A stretch of DNA of 64,000 nt from an uncultured Gammaproteobacteria bacterium (GTDB lineage: Bacteria > Patescibacteriota > Microgenomatia > Levybacterales > GWA1-39-11), in NCBI GenBank assembly GCA_964450885.1, contig CAYVFE010000001.1, forward strand, positions 374,572-438,571. The letters are read 5' to 3'. The position numbers and the translations under genes are program-made. Below, in pieces: positions 8,345-16,689 of this stretch. Positions within the stretch are counted from its first letter, which is position 1. Each line of letters begins with the position of its first letter. The notes beneath the pieces are model-generated. The model searched no databases and was not told where the DNA came from. It worked only from the letters and a program-made list of their open reading frames with translations.

Positions 8345-9574
8345 ATGAGTTCATCTACGCAAAGCACCATCAAAGTTAGGTTTGCCCCAAGTCCCACAGG
8401 CGTGTTGCATGTAGGGAGCATAAGAACTGCGCTTTTCGACTACTTTTTTGCAAGATCAAACAACGGAAAATTTATATTGAGAAACGAGGATACGGATCAA
8501 GTGCGTAAAGTTGAGGGTGCGCTTGAGGCGACACTAGATTCGTTTAGATGGTTAGGAGTTGAGTGGGACGATTTAGTTACTCAATCAGAGCGGCTTGATC
8601 ATTATAAAAAATATGCAGAACAACTCGTAAATGAAGGAAAAGCCAGAGAAGAAGATGGTGCAATTAGATTTATAGTTTCAAAAAATGGAACAACGAAATG
8701 GAATGATCTAATTGGAGATAAGGAAATCAGTTTTGAAAACTCAGCGATTGAGGATTTTATAATCCTAAAAAAAGATGGATTCCCTACATACCATTTGGCA
8801 AATGTAGTTGATGACCATATGATGGAAATATCACATGTCATAAGAGGCGAAGATTGGATTCCTTCAACACCCAAACACATCATGCTTTATGAATCATTTG
8901 GATGGCAGCATCCAGTTTTCGTCCACGTGCCAAATGTAATGGGAATCGATAACAAAAAACTTTCAAAAAGGCGGGGAGCAAAATCTGTACTGGATTTTAG
9001 AAATGAAGGAATCCTATCTGAGGCGCTGCTTAACTACCTAATGCTTTTAGGATGGACTCCAAAAAATGATAAGGAAATTCTGTCAAAAGAGGAAATAGAA
9101 AAGGAGTTTAGGCTGGAGGATGTCCATGTGTCCCCTGCGGTTTTTGATGAAAGAAAGCTTGGGTGGATGAATGGGGAATATATAAGAAGCTTTGATAATG
9201 AAGAGCTTTTAAAAAGACTTACCGATTTCGATAATTCGATTTCAAATTTTGATAGTGACTTAATTAAAAAACTTATTGAGCCTGCTAAAACTCGGATGAA
9301 AAGCTTAGGTGATTTCAAGCAGATGGTAGAGCCATTTTTTGAAAAAAATCAAAAAGGGGAAGAGAAAATAAGAGATTACCTATACAATTCACTTTCTGAT
9401 ATCAAAGATTGGAACAAAGAGACAATAATAGAAAAATTGAAACAAGTGGTTAATTCTAAAGGTGTTAGATTCCAGGATATTTATGAAGCTGTAATAGGAG
9501 CAAGGCAGGGATTACCTCTAGGAGATGTATTCGAAATTTTAGGTAAAGACAGAACACTTTCTTTGTTGAAATAG
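8345..9574 (+). CDS. gltX: Glutamate--tRNA ligase (short form)
   Basis: RFAPSPTG-LHVGS (HIGH), EDTD, DGFPTYHLANVVDD, HVIRGEDW and KLSKR (KMSKS) motifs. Confidence 0.95.
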   Translation: MSSSTQSTIKVRFAPSPTGVLHVGSIRTALFDYFFARSNNGKFILRNEDTDQVRKVEGALEATLDSFRWLGVEWDDLVTQSERLDHYKKYAEQLVNEGKAREEDGAIRFIVSKNGTTKWNDLIGDKEISFENSAIEDFIILKKDGFPTYHLANVVDDHMMEISHVIRGEDWIPSTPKHIMLYESFGWQHPVFVHVPNVMGIDNKKLSKRRGAKSVLDFRNEGILSEALLNYLMLLGWTPKNDKEILSKEEIEKEFRLEDVHVSPAVFDERKLGWMNGEYIRSFDNEELLKRLTDFDNSISNFDSDLIKKLIEPAKTRMKSLGDFKQMVEPFFEKNQKGEEKIRDYLYNSLSDIKDWNKETIIEKLKQVVNSKGVRFQDIYEAVIGARQGLPLGDVFEILGKDRTLSLLK

Positions 9575-9596
9575 ATTTTTATGCAATAATAATCTA

Positions 9597-10178
9597 ATGA
9601 TTATATTTGCGAGGATTATAACCTTTATTTTTCATCCGATTGTTCTTGTTTCTCCTGCAGTATTTCTCATAATTATAGCAACTGGGTACAGCCTGAACGA
9701 AGCATTGCTGTGGTCAGGAGTGGCTTTGGGATTCGTGATTTTCATTGCTCTATATATAAGAGCAGGTATGATGATTGGCTTTTTCACCAACTTTGACGTA
9801 TCCAAAAGAGAACAGAGGATCTATCTATTTCCCTTAGTAATTCTTGCGGGAATTACTTTTCTATTTAGCTTGATTGTTCTTAATGGTCCTAGATCATTAT
9901 TTATGGCTATTATCTATTTTCTTATATCTGTTGCGGTGCTCACACTCGTAACGCTGAGGATTAAGGCAAGCGTGCATGTTGGGGGTATTACAGCTGCGAT
10001 AATAAGTGCGATCTATTTTTTCGGGGTGGAGTTTAGTTTTTTGCTAATACTTATTCCTATTATGGCATGGGCAAGGATAAAAGAGAAAAGGCATACATAT
10101 AGAGAGACTGTAGTTGGTTTTGCTCTGGGGTTACTGCTTGCATTGGTAGGTATATTTGGTGTTCAATACTTTACATAA
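9597..10178 (+). CDS. PAP2-like membrane phosphatase family protein
   Basis: Multi-TM protein with KASVH and WARIKEKRHT motifs resembling PAP2 C2 and C3. Confidence 0.65.
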   Translation: MIIFARIITFIFHPIVLVSPAVFLIIIATGYSLNEALLWSGVALGFVIFIALYIRAGMMIGFFTNFDVSKREQRIYLFPLVILAGITFLFSLIVLNGPRSLFMAIIYFLISVAVLTLVTLRIKASVHVGGITAAIISAIYFFGVEFSFLLILIPIMAWARIKEKRHTYRETVVGFALGLLLALVGIFGVQYFT

Positions 10179-10181
10179 CAT

Positions 10182-10550
10182 ATGATAAAACCGAATAGGC
10201 TTATAAAATCATTTAAATATGCTCTGGAAGGAATACGTTTAGCAGTAAGTTTGGATCTAAATGTTAGGATTCATCTGTTAGCGTCAGTTGTTGTTTTGGT
10301 CTTGTCCTTTGTGTTAAAAGTCTCGACAATAGAATTTCTTTTTATAATCTTGGCTATCTTTTTTGTGTTCATTTCTGAAATGATAAATACTGCCATTGAA
10401 GAGATGACAAACCTAATAACCCGCGAACATCATGTTAGCGCAAGGATAGCAAAAGATGTGGCGGCAGGAGCAGTTTTATTGTCTGCAGTTTTTTCCATAA
10501 TAATCGCATCTATAATTTTGTTGCCTAAAATAGTTGAAATATTTATTTAA
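10182..10550 (+). CDS. dgkA: Diacylglycerol/undecaprenol kinase (DgkA family)
   Basis: SFKYALEG, NVRIH, SEMINTAIE and AKDVAAGAVL motifs. Confidence 0.92.
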   Translation: MIKPNRLIKSFKYALEGIRLAVSLDLNVRIHLLASVVVLVLSFVLKVSTIEFLFIILAIFFVFISEMINTAIEEMTNLITREHHVSARIAKDVAAGAVLLSAVFSIIIASIILLPKIVEIFI

Positions 10551-10810
10551 TTTTTCTCTGTTGAATGGGTATGCTCCATCGTTAGGGTCAATATTTCGTT
10601 AAGCTTTTTTGCAAATTTGTTTGCGTGCTCTCTGCTCATTCCCACCCGCGATACTACCTGGACCTGGCTAGAATTCCCTGCTTTTTGACATACATCAAAA
10701 GTAACTCCATCGTCATTCACATTTATAAATATCGTGTCAGTGTAAAGAATTTGTAATTTTTCAGGATTAAGATTTACATTGAATTGTGTTGCTTTTTCAT
10801 CCTTTTTTAT
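10547..10810 (-). CDS. DUF3467-like protein, not in the ORF track; apparent ATA start
   Basis: Manual translation gives an 87-aa frame: (I/M)KKDEKATQFNVNLNPEKLQILYTDTIFINVNDDGVTFDVCQKAGNSSQVQVVSRVGMSREHANKFAKKLNEILTLTMEHTHSTEKN*. SD AGGAGGTGA lies 6 nt upstream of the ATA. Confidence 0.75.
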   Translation of the reverse strand: MKKDEKATQFNVNLNPEKLQILYTDTIFINVNDDGVTFDVCQKAGNSSQVQVVSRVGMSREHANKFAKKLNEILTLTMEHTHSTEKN

Positions 10811-10826
10811 AACCTATCACCTCCTC

Positions 10827-11168
10827 TTAACCATAAATGTAGATACCTATAATAATAAAAAGGGATAAGAATATCCACCCGGTATTTGAAATAATAATAG
10901 GTTTTGATTTATGGACTGTTCCATAATAAAGCCAAATAAGAGCAATCAAAAAATAGCTTATCCAAGAGATTAAAGAGACACCGCTAGCTGTTTTATTCTG
11001 ATAAATAATAAGTACCTGAGGAATAGTCATGATCGGGCTGAGTATCGCAGCAAAATACACAATATCGTCTAGAATGAATTTTTTCAAGCTAAAGTGGGGC
11101 TCGTTATCTTCTGCGATTCTTTTTCTTTCTCTAATTCTTTTATGTAGGTGATGGAATCCAAATAACAT
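10827..11168 (-). CDS. SemiSWEET / PQ-loop family transporter
   Basis: Three TM helices with TIPQV, KTASGVSLISW, WLYYG and PIIISN motifs. Confidence 0.82.
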   Translation of the reverse strand: MLFGFHHLHKRIRERKRIAEDNEPHFSLKKFILDDIVYFAAILSPIMTIPQVLIIYQNKTASGVSLISWISYFLIALIWLYYGTVHKSKPIIISNTGWIFLSLFIIIGIYIYG

Positions 11169-11214
11169 CTACTATGTTTAACTTATGCAAATTAGAGGTA
11201 TGTGTCAAGTTTTA

Positions 11215-11243
11215 TGGCAAGTGTTGCTAAAGTAATGTATAAT
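11215..11243 (+). promoter_or_regulatory. Putative promoter TGGCAA-17-TATAAT for the RRM gene
   Basis: 17-nt spacer and a perfect -10, giving a ~115-nt leader that ends in the SD AAGGAGGTGA. Confidence 0.5.
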
Positions 11244-11364
11244 ACCCATTATAAGCTAGTTCTTCTTAGATAAGTGATAACTTGCCATAATAATTTCCAC
11301 AAAAAAATTTATTCATGGTTCGCCAATTTTCTAAGCGATAGCGACAAAGAAGGAGGTGAATTAA

Positions 11365-11724
11365 ATGGACAATAATAACAAACTATTCGTTGGAGGTCTT
11401 GCATGGGGTACTACTGATGATACGTTAAGAGAGTTTTTCTCAGCAGTGGGAAATGTAACTTCTGCAAACGTAATTTCTGATAGATACACTGGAAAGTCAA
11501 AAGGATTCGGATTTGTTGAATTTTCTACTCCAGAAGAGGCTAAAAAAGCAGCTGAGGAGTTAAACGGTAAAGAGTTAGACGGACGCGCAATTAATGTTTC
11601 AGAAGCAAGACCACAACAGCCAAGAGAGAATAATTTCTCAGGAGGCGGAAATTTTAGACGTGATAACAATAGAGGTGGAGACAGACGCGGAGGTCGTGAT
11701 GACCGAGGCCGAGGTGGATACTAA
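11365..11724 (+). CDS. RRM (RNP-1) RNA-binding protein with RGG tail
   Basis: RNP2 LFVGGL, RNP1 KGFGFVEF, a Gly/Arg-rich C-terminus and a strong SD. Confidence 0.95.
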   Translation: MDNNNKLFVGGLAWGTTDDTLREFFSAVGNVTSANVISDRYTGKSKGFGFVEFSTPEEAKKAAEELNGKELDGRAINVSEARPQQPRENNFSGGGNFRRDNNRGGDRRGGRDDRGRGGY

Positions 11725-11743
11725 TATTTCACTCTAGATAAAT

Positions 11744-11779
11744 AAAAAACCTCTTTGGAGAAATCTAGAGAGGTTTTTT
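11744..11779. terminator. Bidirectional intrinsic terminator
   Basis: AAAAAACCTCTTTGGA-GAAA-TCTAGAGAGGTTTTTT between convergent genes. Confidence 0.8.
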
Positions 11780-11788
11780 GGTGGCAAA

Positions 11789-12112
11789 CTATCTCAACTT
11801 GCTGCCGTTAGGTACTTTTTCTCCCGGGTGAAGGAGTACTGCTTTTTCGTCTGTTCCTGCCGCGACCATCATTCCCTGGCTTTCATATCCTCTAAGCATA
11901 CGTGGTTCTAGGTTTACGATTATAGGGATTTGTCTTCCTATAATTTCGTTAGGATCTGGATAATATTCAGCTATTCCTGCCATAATTTGTCTCTCCTCGT
12001 CTCCCATATCAACTTGGAGCTTTAGGAGCTTATCTGCTTCTGGAATTTTTTCAGCTGAGATAATCGTTCCTATTCTGATATCCAGTTTTGAAAAATCTTC
12101 AATAGTTATCAT
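11789..12112 (-). CDS. tRNA-binding OB-fold protein (MetRS C-terminal/Trbp111/CsaA-like)
   Basis: DFSKLDIRIGTI, ADKLLKLQVD and VNLEPRMLRGYESQGM motifs. Confidence 0.9.
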   Translation of the reverse strand: MITIEDFSKLDIRIGTIISAEKIPEADKLLKLQVDMGDEERQIMAGIAEYYPDPNEIIGRQIPIIVNLEPRMLRGYESQGMMVAAGTDEKAVLLHPGEKVPNGSKLR

Positions 12113-12179
12113 GGGTACATTATATCAGATGCCTTCGTAAAACTTGCAAAAATATTTGGTATTCTGATAGCATAAATAT

Positions 12180-12776
12180 ATGGCAAAAAAGAAAAAGAAA
12201 TTATCCAAAAAACACCATTTCGAGAGTAATAAATTACTTATCATATTGCTTCTTTTCTTAACCTTTGTCCTCCTGATAGTGTATGCGAGCGCAAAATCCA
12301 AGCCGCGTTCAATCTCAGAAAAAGAGATAGTGGGTGCGGTTAATTCTTCTATGGTAAAGGTTCCGGACACATCATTTGTCGTGAGCCTAACTGATGGAAA
12401 GGCAGAGTTTTCAGATAGTGAGACTCAGGGAAATGTGAGTGTATCAGAGCCTTATTACTGGGTAAAGACACAGGATGGATATGATGTATTTTCTGTTATG
12501 TCTTATAGCACTGGGGGCTTAGAAGAATTCGTAAATGTAGCACTTTTTCAAGAAACAAAAGGAAAAATCACATACAAAGGCTCTTTCCCAATAGGTGACA
12601 GAGTTATAGTATCTGGTATCGAGAAAGAAAGTGAAGGAGACGGCGAATATATGATAAAGGTAAATTATTTGGATAGAGCAGAGGAGGATCTTATGTCAGA
12701 TGCGCCAAGTCTTGAGAAGTCTACTTCATTTGAGGTAATAAGTCACCAAATAGTGATTCCAGCTCCTAGTCAATAA
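12180..12776 (+). CDS. Hypothetical membrane-anchored protein
   Basis: Basic N-terminus plus a TM helix and a soluble beta-rich domain (IGDRV...VNYLDR). Confidence 0.75.
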   Translation: MAKKKKKLSKKHHFESNKLLIILLLFLTFVLLIVYASAKSKPRSISEKEIVGAVNSSMVKVPDTSFVVSLTDGKAEFSDSETQGNVSVSEPYYWVKTQDGYDVFSVMSYSTGGLEEFVNVALFQETKGKITYKGSFPIGDRVIVSGIEKESEGDGEYMIKVNYLDRAEEDLMSDAPSLEKSTSFEVISHQIVIPAPSQ

Positions 12777-13989
12777 AAGTTAACGCAACACCTTTTTTAC
12801 CGGCACGACCAGTTCTGCCAATTCTATGAACATAATCCTCATAAGTGCTTGGTGCATCATAATTTATAACATGAGTTATGTTGTCTACATCTATTCCGCG
12901 TGAAGCTACATCTGTTGCGATGAGAATATTTGCTCTGTCACTTTTGAAGTCATCCAGAGCTCTTTGACGCTGATTTTGTGATTTATTCCCATGTATCGCC
13001 ATGGCTCTAAATCCTCGTTCCAAAAGAGCCTTGGATAGTTTTTCCGATCCCCATTTTGTCCTACCGAAAATTATTACCTTGTCAAATCCAGGTTGTATCA
13101 AAAGGTCGTGTAGTACATCTATTTTTGCTCTGCCTCCGGAAAGTCGTATGATATCTTGGTCTATATTTTCAGCTGTATTTTGGGTTTTGGCACTAACAGT
13201 TACAGGATCTTTTACAAAGCTTGCCAGAATCTCTTGGGTTTTGTTATCAACTGTTGCTGAGAAAAACAGCGATTGTCTGACTTTCGGGAGAAGTGCGATC
13301 ATATATTTAATGTCATGAATAAAGCCTATATCTACCATTCTATCCACCTCATCCAGGACTACGTTTTGAAAGAGACTTAAATTTAGCTCGCGGCGCTGAA
13401 TCAGGTCTTTAATCCTTCCAGGGGTTCCTATAACAAAATGTGGACTTTTGCGCAGCGCATAAGTTTGGCGCATGATATTTGCCCCTCCAACTGCTGCGAC
13501 AGCGTTTAGATTTGTTCCTTTGGCAAATATCACGAATTCGTCCCAAATCTGGATTGCAAGTTCACGTGTCGGAACTACAATGAGTACTCTCTGTCTGCGG
13601 TCGAGATAAGACTTATTTATAAGCGATATCAGAAAAGCCGCAGTCTTACCTGTTCCTGTGTTTGCGATACCTATCACATCTCGTCCCTTTAATATCTCTG
13701 GAATCGACTTTTCTTGAATAGCTGTGGGAGCAGTATATCCGTGGTCTGCGATATTCCTTTTTAACTTATCGTCTATCGCGTAGTCATTAAATTTAGTAGT
13801 TGCAATGTATTCCTCAGGTTTGTTTGCAACAACTGCCTTTTTAATGAAAAGATTTGGATCGAGCTTTGATTCGTTCCTTTTTCCGCCACCGATTCTATTA
13901 TTCCTATTTCCAAAGCCTCTTTGAGGTCCATAGGAATTATTTGCGAATTTACGCTGGTTTGAATTGTTTCTTTGTCTATTTCTGTACAT
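12766..13989 (-). CDS. DEAD/DEAH-box RNA helicase
   Basis: Q motif (PTAIQ), ANTGTGKT, PTRELA, TPGR, DEVD, SAT and HRIGRTGR. Confidence 0.95.
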   Translation of the reverse strand: MYRNRQRNNSNQRKFANNSYGPQRGFGNRNNRIGGGKRNESKLDPNLFIKKAVVANKPEEYIATTKFNDYAIDDKLKRNIADHGYTAPTAIQEKSIPEILKGRDVIGIANTGTGKTAAFLISLINKSYLDRRQRVLIVVPTRELAIQIWDEFVIFAKGTNLNAVAAVGGANIMRQTYALRKSPHFVIGTPGRIKDLIQRRELNLSLFQNVVLDEVDRMVDIGFIHDIKYMIALLPKVRQSLFFSATVDNKTQEILASFVKDPVTVSAKTQNTAENIDQDIIRLSGGRAKIDVLHDLLIQPGFDKVIIFGRTKWGSEKLSKALLERGFRAMAIHGNKSQNQRQRALDDFKSDRANILIATDVASRGIDVDNITHVINYDAPSTYEDYVHRIGRTGRAGKKGVALTFID

Positions 13990-14196
13990 ATATTTAGTGT
14001 AACAAATGATAAATAAATAGTTCTGCTTAAAGTTAGAGGTCGTTTATGAAAATAAGATACGGAGTATTATTTAATTATTTTTATCTATTTAAAAACTATA
14101 TCAATTATAAGCAGAGGTATTTTTTTACCATCTGCAACTACCTGGGTATTGTATCATAATTTGCGTGGATAATCAAACTATAGGGTGGTATGGGAT

Positions 14197-14574
14197 CTAT
14201 CTGGTATTTTTTCTGGTTTTTCCTTTATTTTTGATCCTTTTATATTCGGTACGCAGCTTTTTGAGCTTGTCTTCATCAATGTCTTCTAGATCTATAAAGT
14301 CATTTCTGGCAGTTTTTATTGCATGTAATAGTTCGTCGAGCTTGAGCTGAGTAGCACGGTCATTGCGGTTTTGCGTATTCTGAATGAGAAATACGGTGAG
14401 AAAAGTGATGATGGTGGTTGTAGTATTGATGACTAGTTGCCAAGTCTCGGAAAAGCCTAGAAATGGGCCTGATATAGCCCATATTACTATCGATGCAAGA
14501 GCTATAACGAAAGCAAAGGGTGTACCCAAAAGCTCAGAAGTTGTGGTGGAAAATTTTAGAAATAATTTCTTCAT
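14197..14574 (-). CDS. Low-affinity iron permease family protein
   Basis: FSETWQLVINTTTTIITFLTVFLIQNTQNR...QLKLDEL signature. Confidence 0.88.
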   Translation of the reverse strand: MKKLFLKFSTTTSELLGTPFAFVIALASIVIWAISGPFLGFSETWQLVINTTTTIITFLTVFLIQNTQNRNDRATQLKLDELLHAIKTARNDFIDLEDIDEDKLKKLRTEYKRIKNKGKTRKNTR

Positions 14575-14641
14575 CTGCCATATTGTAGATGATGATAATA
14601 AGGACTATGTAAGAAAACTATTTTTGAAGATATGTCAAAAG

Positions 14642-14944
14642 TTAACTACCAAGATTCGTGAAGATCCCGACAGCGAGCTCAGCCCAAATATAAAGCGTTA
14701 TAAGCGTAATTGCGATTCCTATAAGTGTTCTATATTTTCTAGGAGCAACTCTAGCTATATGAACGAATAAAAAACCCATGCCAAATAAGACAATTCCCAT
14801 AATGACAAAATCCGATAAATCCCAGTTAACCTCACTTGTGAACTGCATGGCAATCAATGGGATTGATAATATCGCTGCTGTTCCGAGAGCAATCCAAGTA
14901 AAGACCTTGTTTTGCATGAAGAGATCATTCTTTTTAGTTTTCAT
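14642..14944 (-). CDS. Small hypothetical membrane protein (3 TM)
   Basis: PLIAMQFTSEVNW..SDF and IWAELAVGIF resemble a conserved small membrane family. Confidence 0.75.
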   Translation of the reverse strand: MKTKKNDLFMQNKVFTWIALGTAAILSIPLIAMQFTSEVNWDLSDFVIMGIVLFGMGFLFVHIARVAPRKYRTLIGIAITLITLYIWAELAVGIFTNLGS

Positions 14945-15042
14945 AGATTTAATAATACAGAAAATAATGGTCTTGATGCAATCATAGGCCTACAGTCGCT
15001 ATTGATACTATTGGTTACGTAGAGGCATACTGTCTGGATACT

Positions 15043-15357
15043 TTATAGGAATTTCTCAGCAAACTTTCCTATCTCGGCAATTATTGGCAGAATTCCTTGT
15101 CCTTTTGCAGTTAACTCATAGACTACTGACATTCGGTCAAGAGTCTCTTTTTTCTTGAGTACGATGCCATCATTTTCTAGTTTGTTTAATCTATCTGTGA
15201 GAGTAGTCGGATTAACGTTAAGGGCTCTTTGAAGTTCATTGAATCTCATTCCGCCCTCTCGAAGATTTCCGATAATACAAAGTACATGATCATCTCCTAT
15301 CATTTTGATAGCGCTATTTAGGTCCTCTGACAATAAGCTTTTGCCGTGTGTTGACAT
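15043..15357 (-). CDS. HxlR-family winged-helix transcriptional regulator
   Basis: MRFNELQRAL, TLTDRLNKLENDGIV and VVYELTAKG. Confidence 0.9.
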   Translation of the reverse strand: MSTHGKSLLSEDLNSAIKMIGDDHVLCIIGNLREGGMRFNELQRALNVNPTTLTDRLNKLENDGIVLKKKETLDRMSVVYELTAKGQGILPIIAEIGKFAEKFL

Positions 15358-15409
15358 ACTATAAATTATATAGTACTATAATTATTGTAGCACTATAAAT
15401 TATATAGTG
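15357..15409. promoter_or_regulatory. Three tandem palindromic operator sites (YACTATA-N5-TATAGTR), overlapping promoter TTGACA-17-TACTAT
   Basis: Sites at 15357-15375, 15374-15392 (degenerate) and 15391-15409, with 17-bp periodicity. TTGACA at 15351 and TACTAT at 15374. Confidence 0.7.
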
Positions 15410-15423
15410 ATTATATCAAAAAC

Positions 15424-16092
15424 ATGAACAACTCACAATCAATATATGAGCCAAATTCCCAGATTAGGAAATCACGTGACTATAATGAAGTTGCATCAGA
15501 TGAATCGATTGATAGAGCTATAGAGTCATTTAAGGAAAATAATTTTATCCCATACCATGTAAAGTCAAAAGAAGAAGCTCTTACAAAAGTAAAAGAGCTT
15601 ATTCCCGAAGGTGCCTCTGTTATGAACGGAGCATCTGTAACGCTTCAGGAAATAGGCTATGTGGATTTTCTAAAAAGCGGCAATCATAAATGGGACAACC
15701 TCCACGAAGCAATCCTAGCAGAGAAAGATCCAGAAAAGCAGGGACTGCTTAGACGCCAATCGGTTGTTTCCGATTTTTATGTAGGAAGTGTGCATGCAGC
15801 TAGCGAAGAAGGAGAGTTGGTTATTGCTTCAAATACTGGAAGTCAGCTTCCTCATGTAGTATTTACTTCCCCCAATGTAATTTTGGTCGTAGGAGCACAG
15901 AAAATCATGCCGACGCTTTCGGAGGCCATTTCCCGTTTGGAAGAGTATGTAATAAAACTTGAAGATAAGCGCATGAAAGATGTATATGGAATAGGTACGA
16001 CTCACACTAAAACCGTTATTTTCCATAAGGAGAATCCTATGTCTGGACGTAAAATTAATATAATAATTGTTGACGAAAAATTAGGGTTTTAA
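15424..16092 (+). CDS. LUD (lactate utilization/YkgG-like) domain protein
   Basis: GASVTL.EIG, SVHAASEEGELVIASNTGSQ, VVGAQKI and C-terminal LGF. Confidence 0.85.
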   Translation: MNNSQSIYEPNSQIRKSRDYNEVASDESIDRAIESFKENNFIPYHVKSKEEALTKVKELIPEGASVMNGASVTLQEIGYVDFLKSGNHKWDNLHEAILAEKDPEKQGLLRRQSVVSDFYVGSVHAASEEGELVIASNTGSQLPHVVFTSPNVILVVGAQKIMPTLSEAISRLEEYVIKLEDKRMKDVYGIGTTHTKTVIFHKENPMSGRKINIIIVDEKLGF

Positions 16093-16144
16093 CTTTAGTC
16101 TTGATTGTAGGATTTTGATAACGCGTGCTGCCTGGGATCTTTTT

Positions 16145-16483
16145 CTATAACATCTCCAGTAGGATAACTGCCTCATTATGTTCAGTGTCGCGTGCTCCGT
16201 AAAGCAAGGTGATTTGTTTATGTTTCTCCTTTAATTCTTTTAGCTGAGCTACCAGGTCTTTCTTATCATCTAGTTCTTTATTATATTTTTTCTTAAAATC
16301 TTGCCACTTTTCAGCATCGTGACCAAACCATTTTCTAAGTTCTGTGCTTGGGGCAATCTCCTTCAACCATAGATCGAGATGTGCTTTCTCTTTCGATATT
16401 CCTCTTGGCCAAAGTCTATCGACGAGTACCCTATAGCCGTCTTCTTTATCGTACCGATCATATATTCGTTTTAATTTGATCAC
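16145..16483 (-). CDS. DUF488 family protein (YeaO-like)
   Basis: IKLKRIYD..DGYRVLVDRLWPRG, WLKEIAPSTELRKWFGH and HNEA motifs; GTG start. Confidence 0.92.
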   Translation of the reverse strand: MIKLKRIYDRYDKEDGYRVLVDRLWPRGISKEKAHLDLWLKEIAPSTELRKWFGHDAEKWQDFKKKYNKELDDKKDLVAQLKELKEKHKQITLLYGARDTEHNEAVILLEML

Positions 16484-16689
16484 CTACCGTTATTATATAC
16501 TCGTCAGAGAGGAATTTGCAGTAAGATAAGCCATATATTTGAACTGAAGGTAAAGATTGTTGAGGTGCTGAGCGTATGAGACTAGAACCTTATAGTCGTT
16601 ATAACTTCTGTCTAAAATTTAAGGTTAAGTGAAATATTATCATTGTTATAGAAAGAATAGAGAGTTTTAATAACTGTTTATGATTTTGG

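Noticed and set aside
12766-13989. DEVD instead of DEAD in helicase motif II
   Set aside because: A tolerated DExD variant; all other motifs are intact.
16484-16689. 206-bp intergenic gap as a possible ncRNA or small ORF
   Set aside because: No convincing hairpin, ORF or motif was found by eye, apart from the -10 box of the DUF488 gene.
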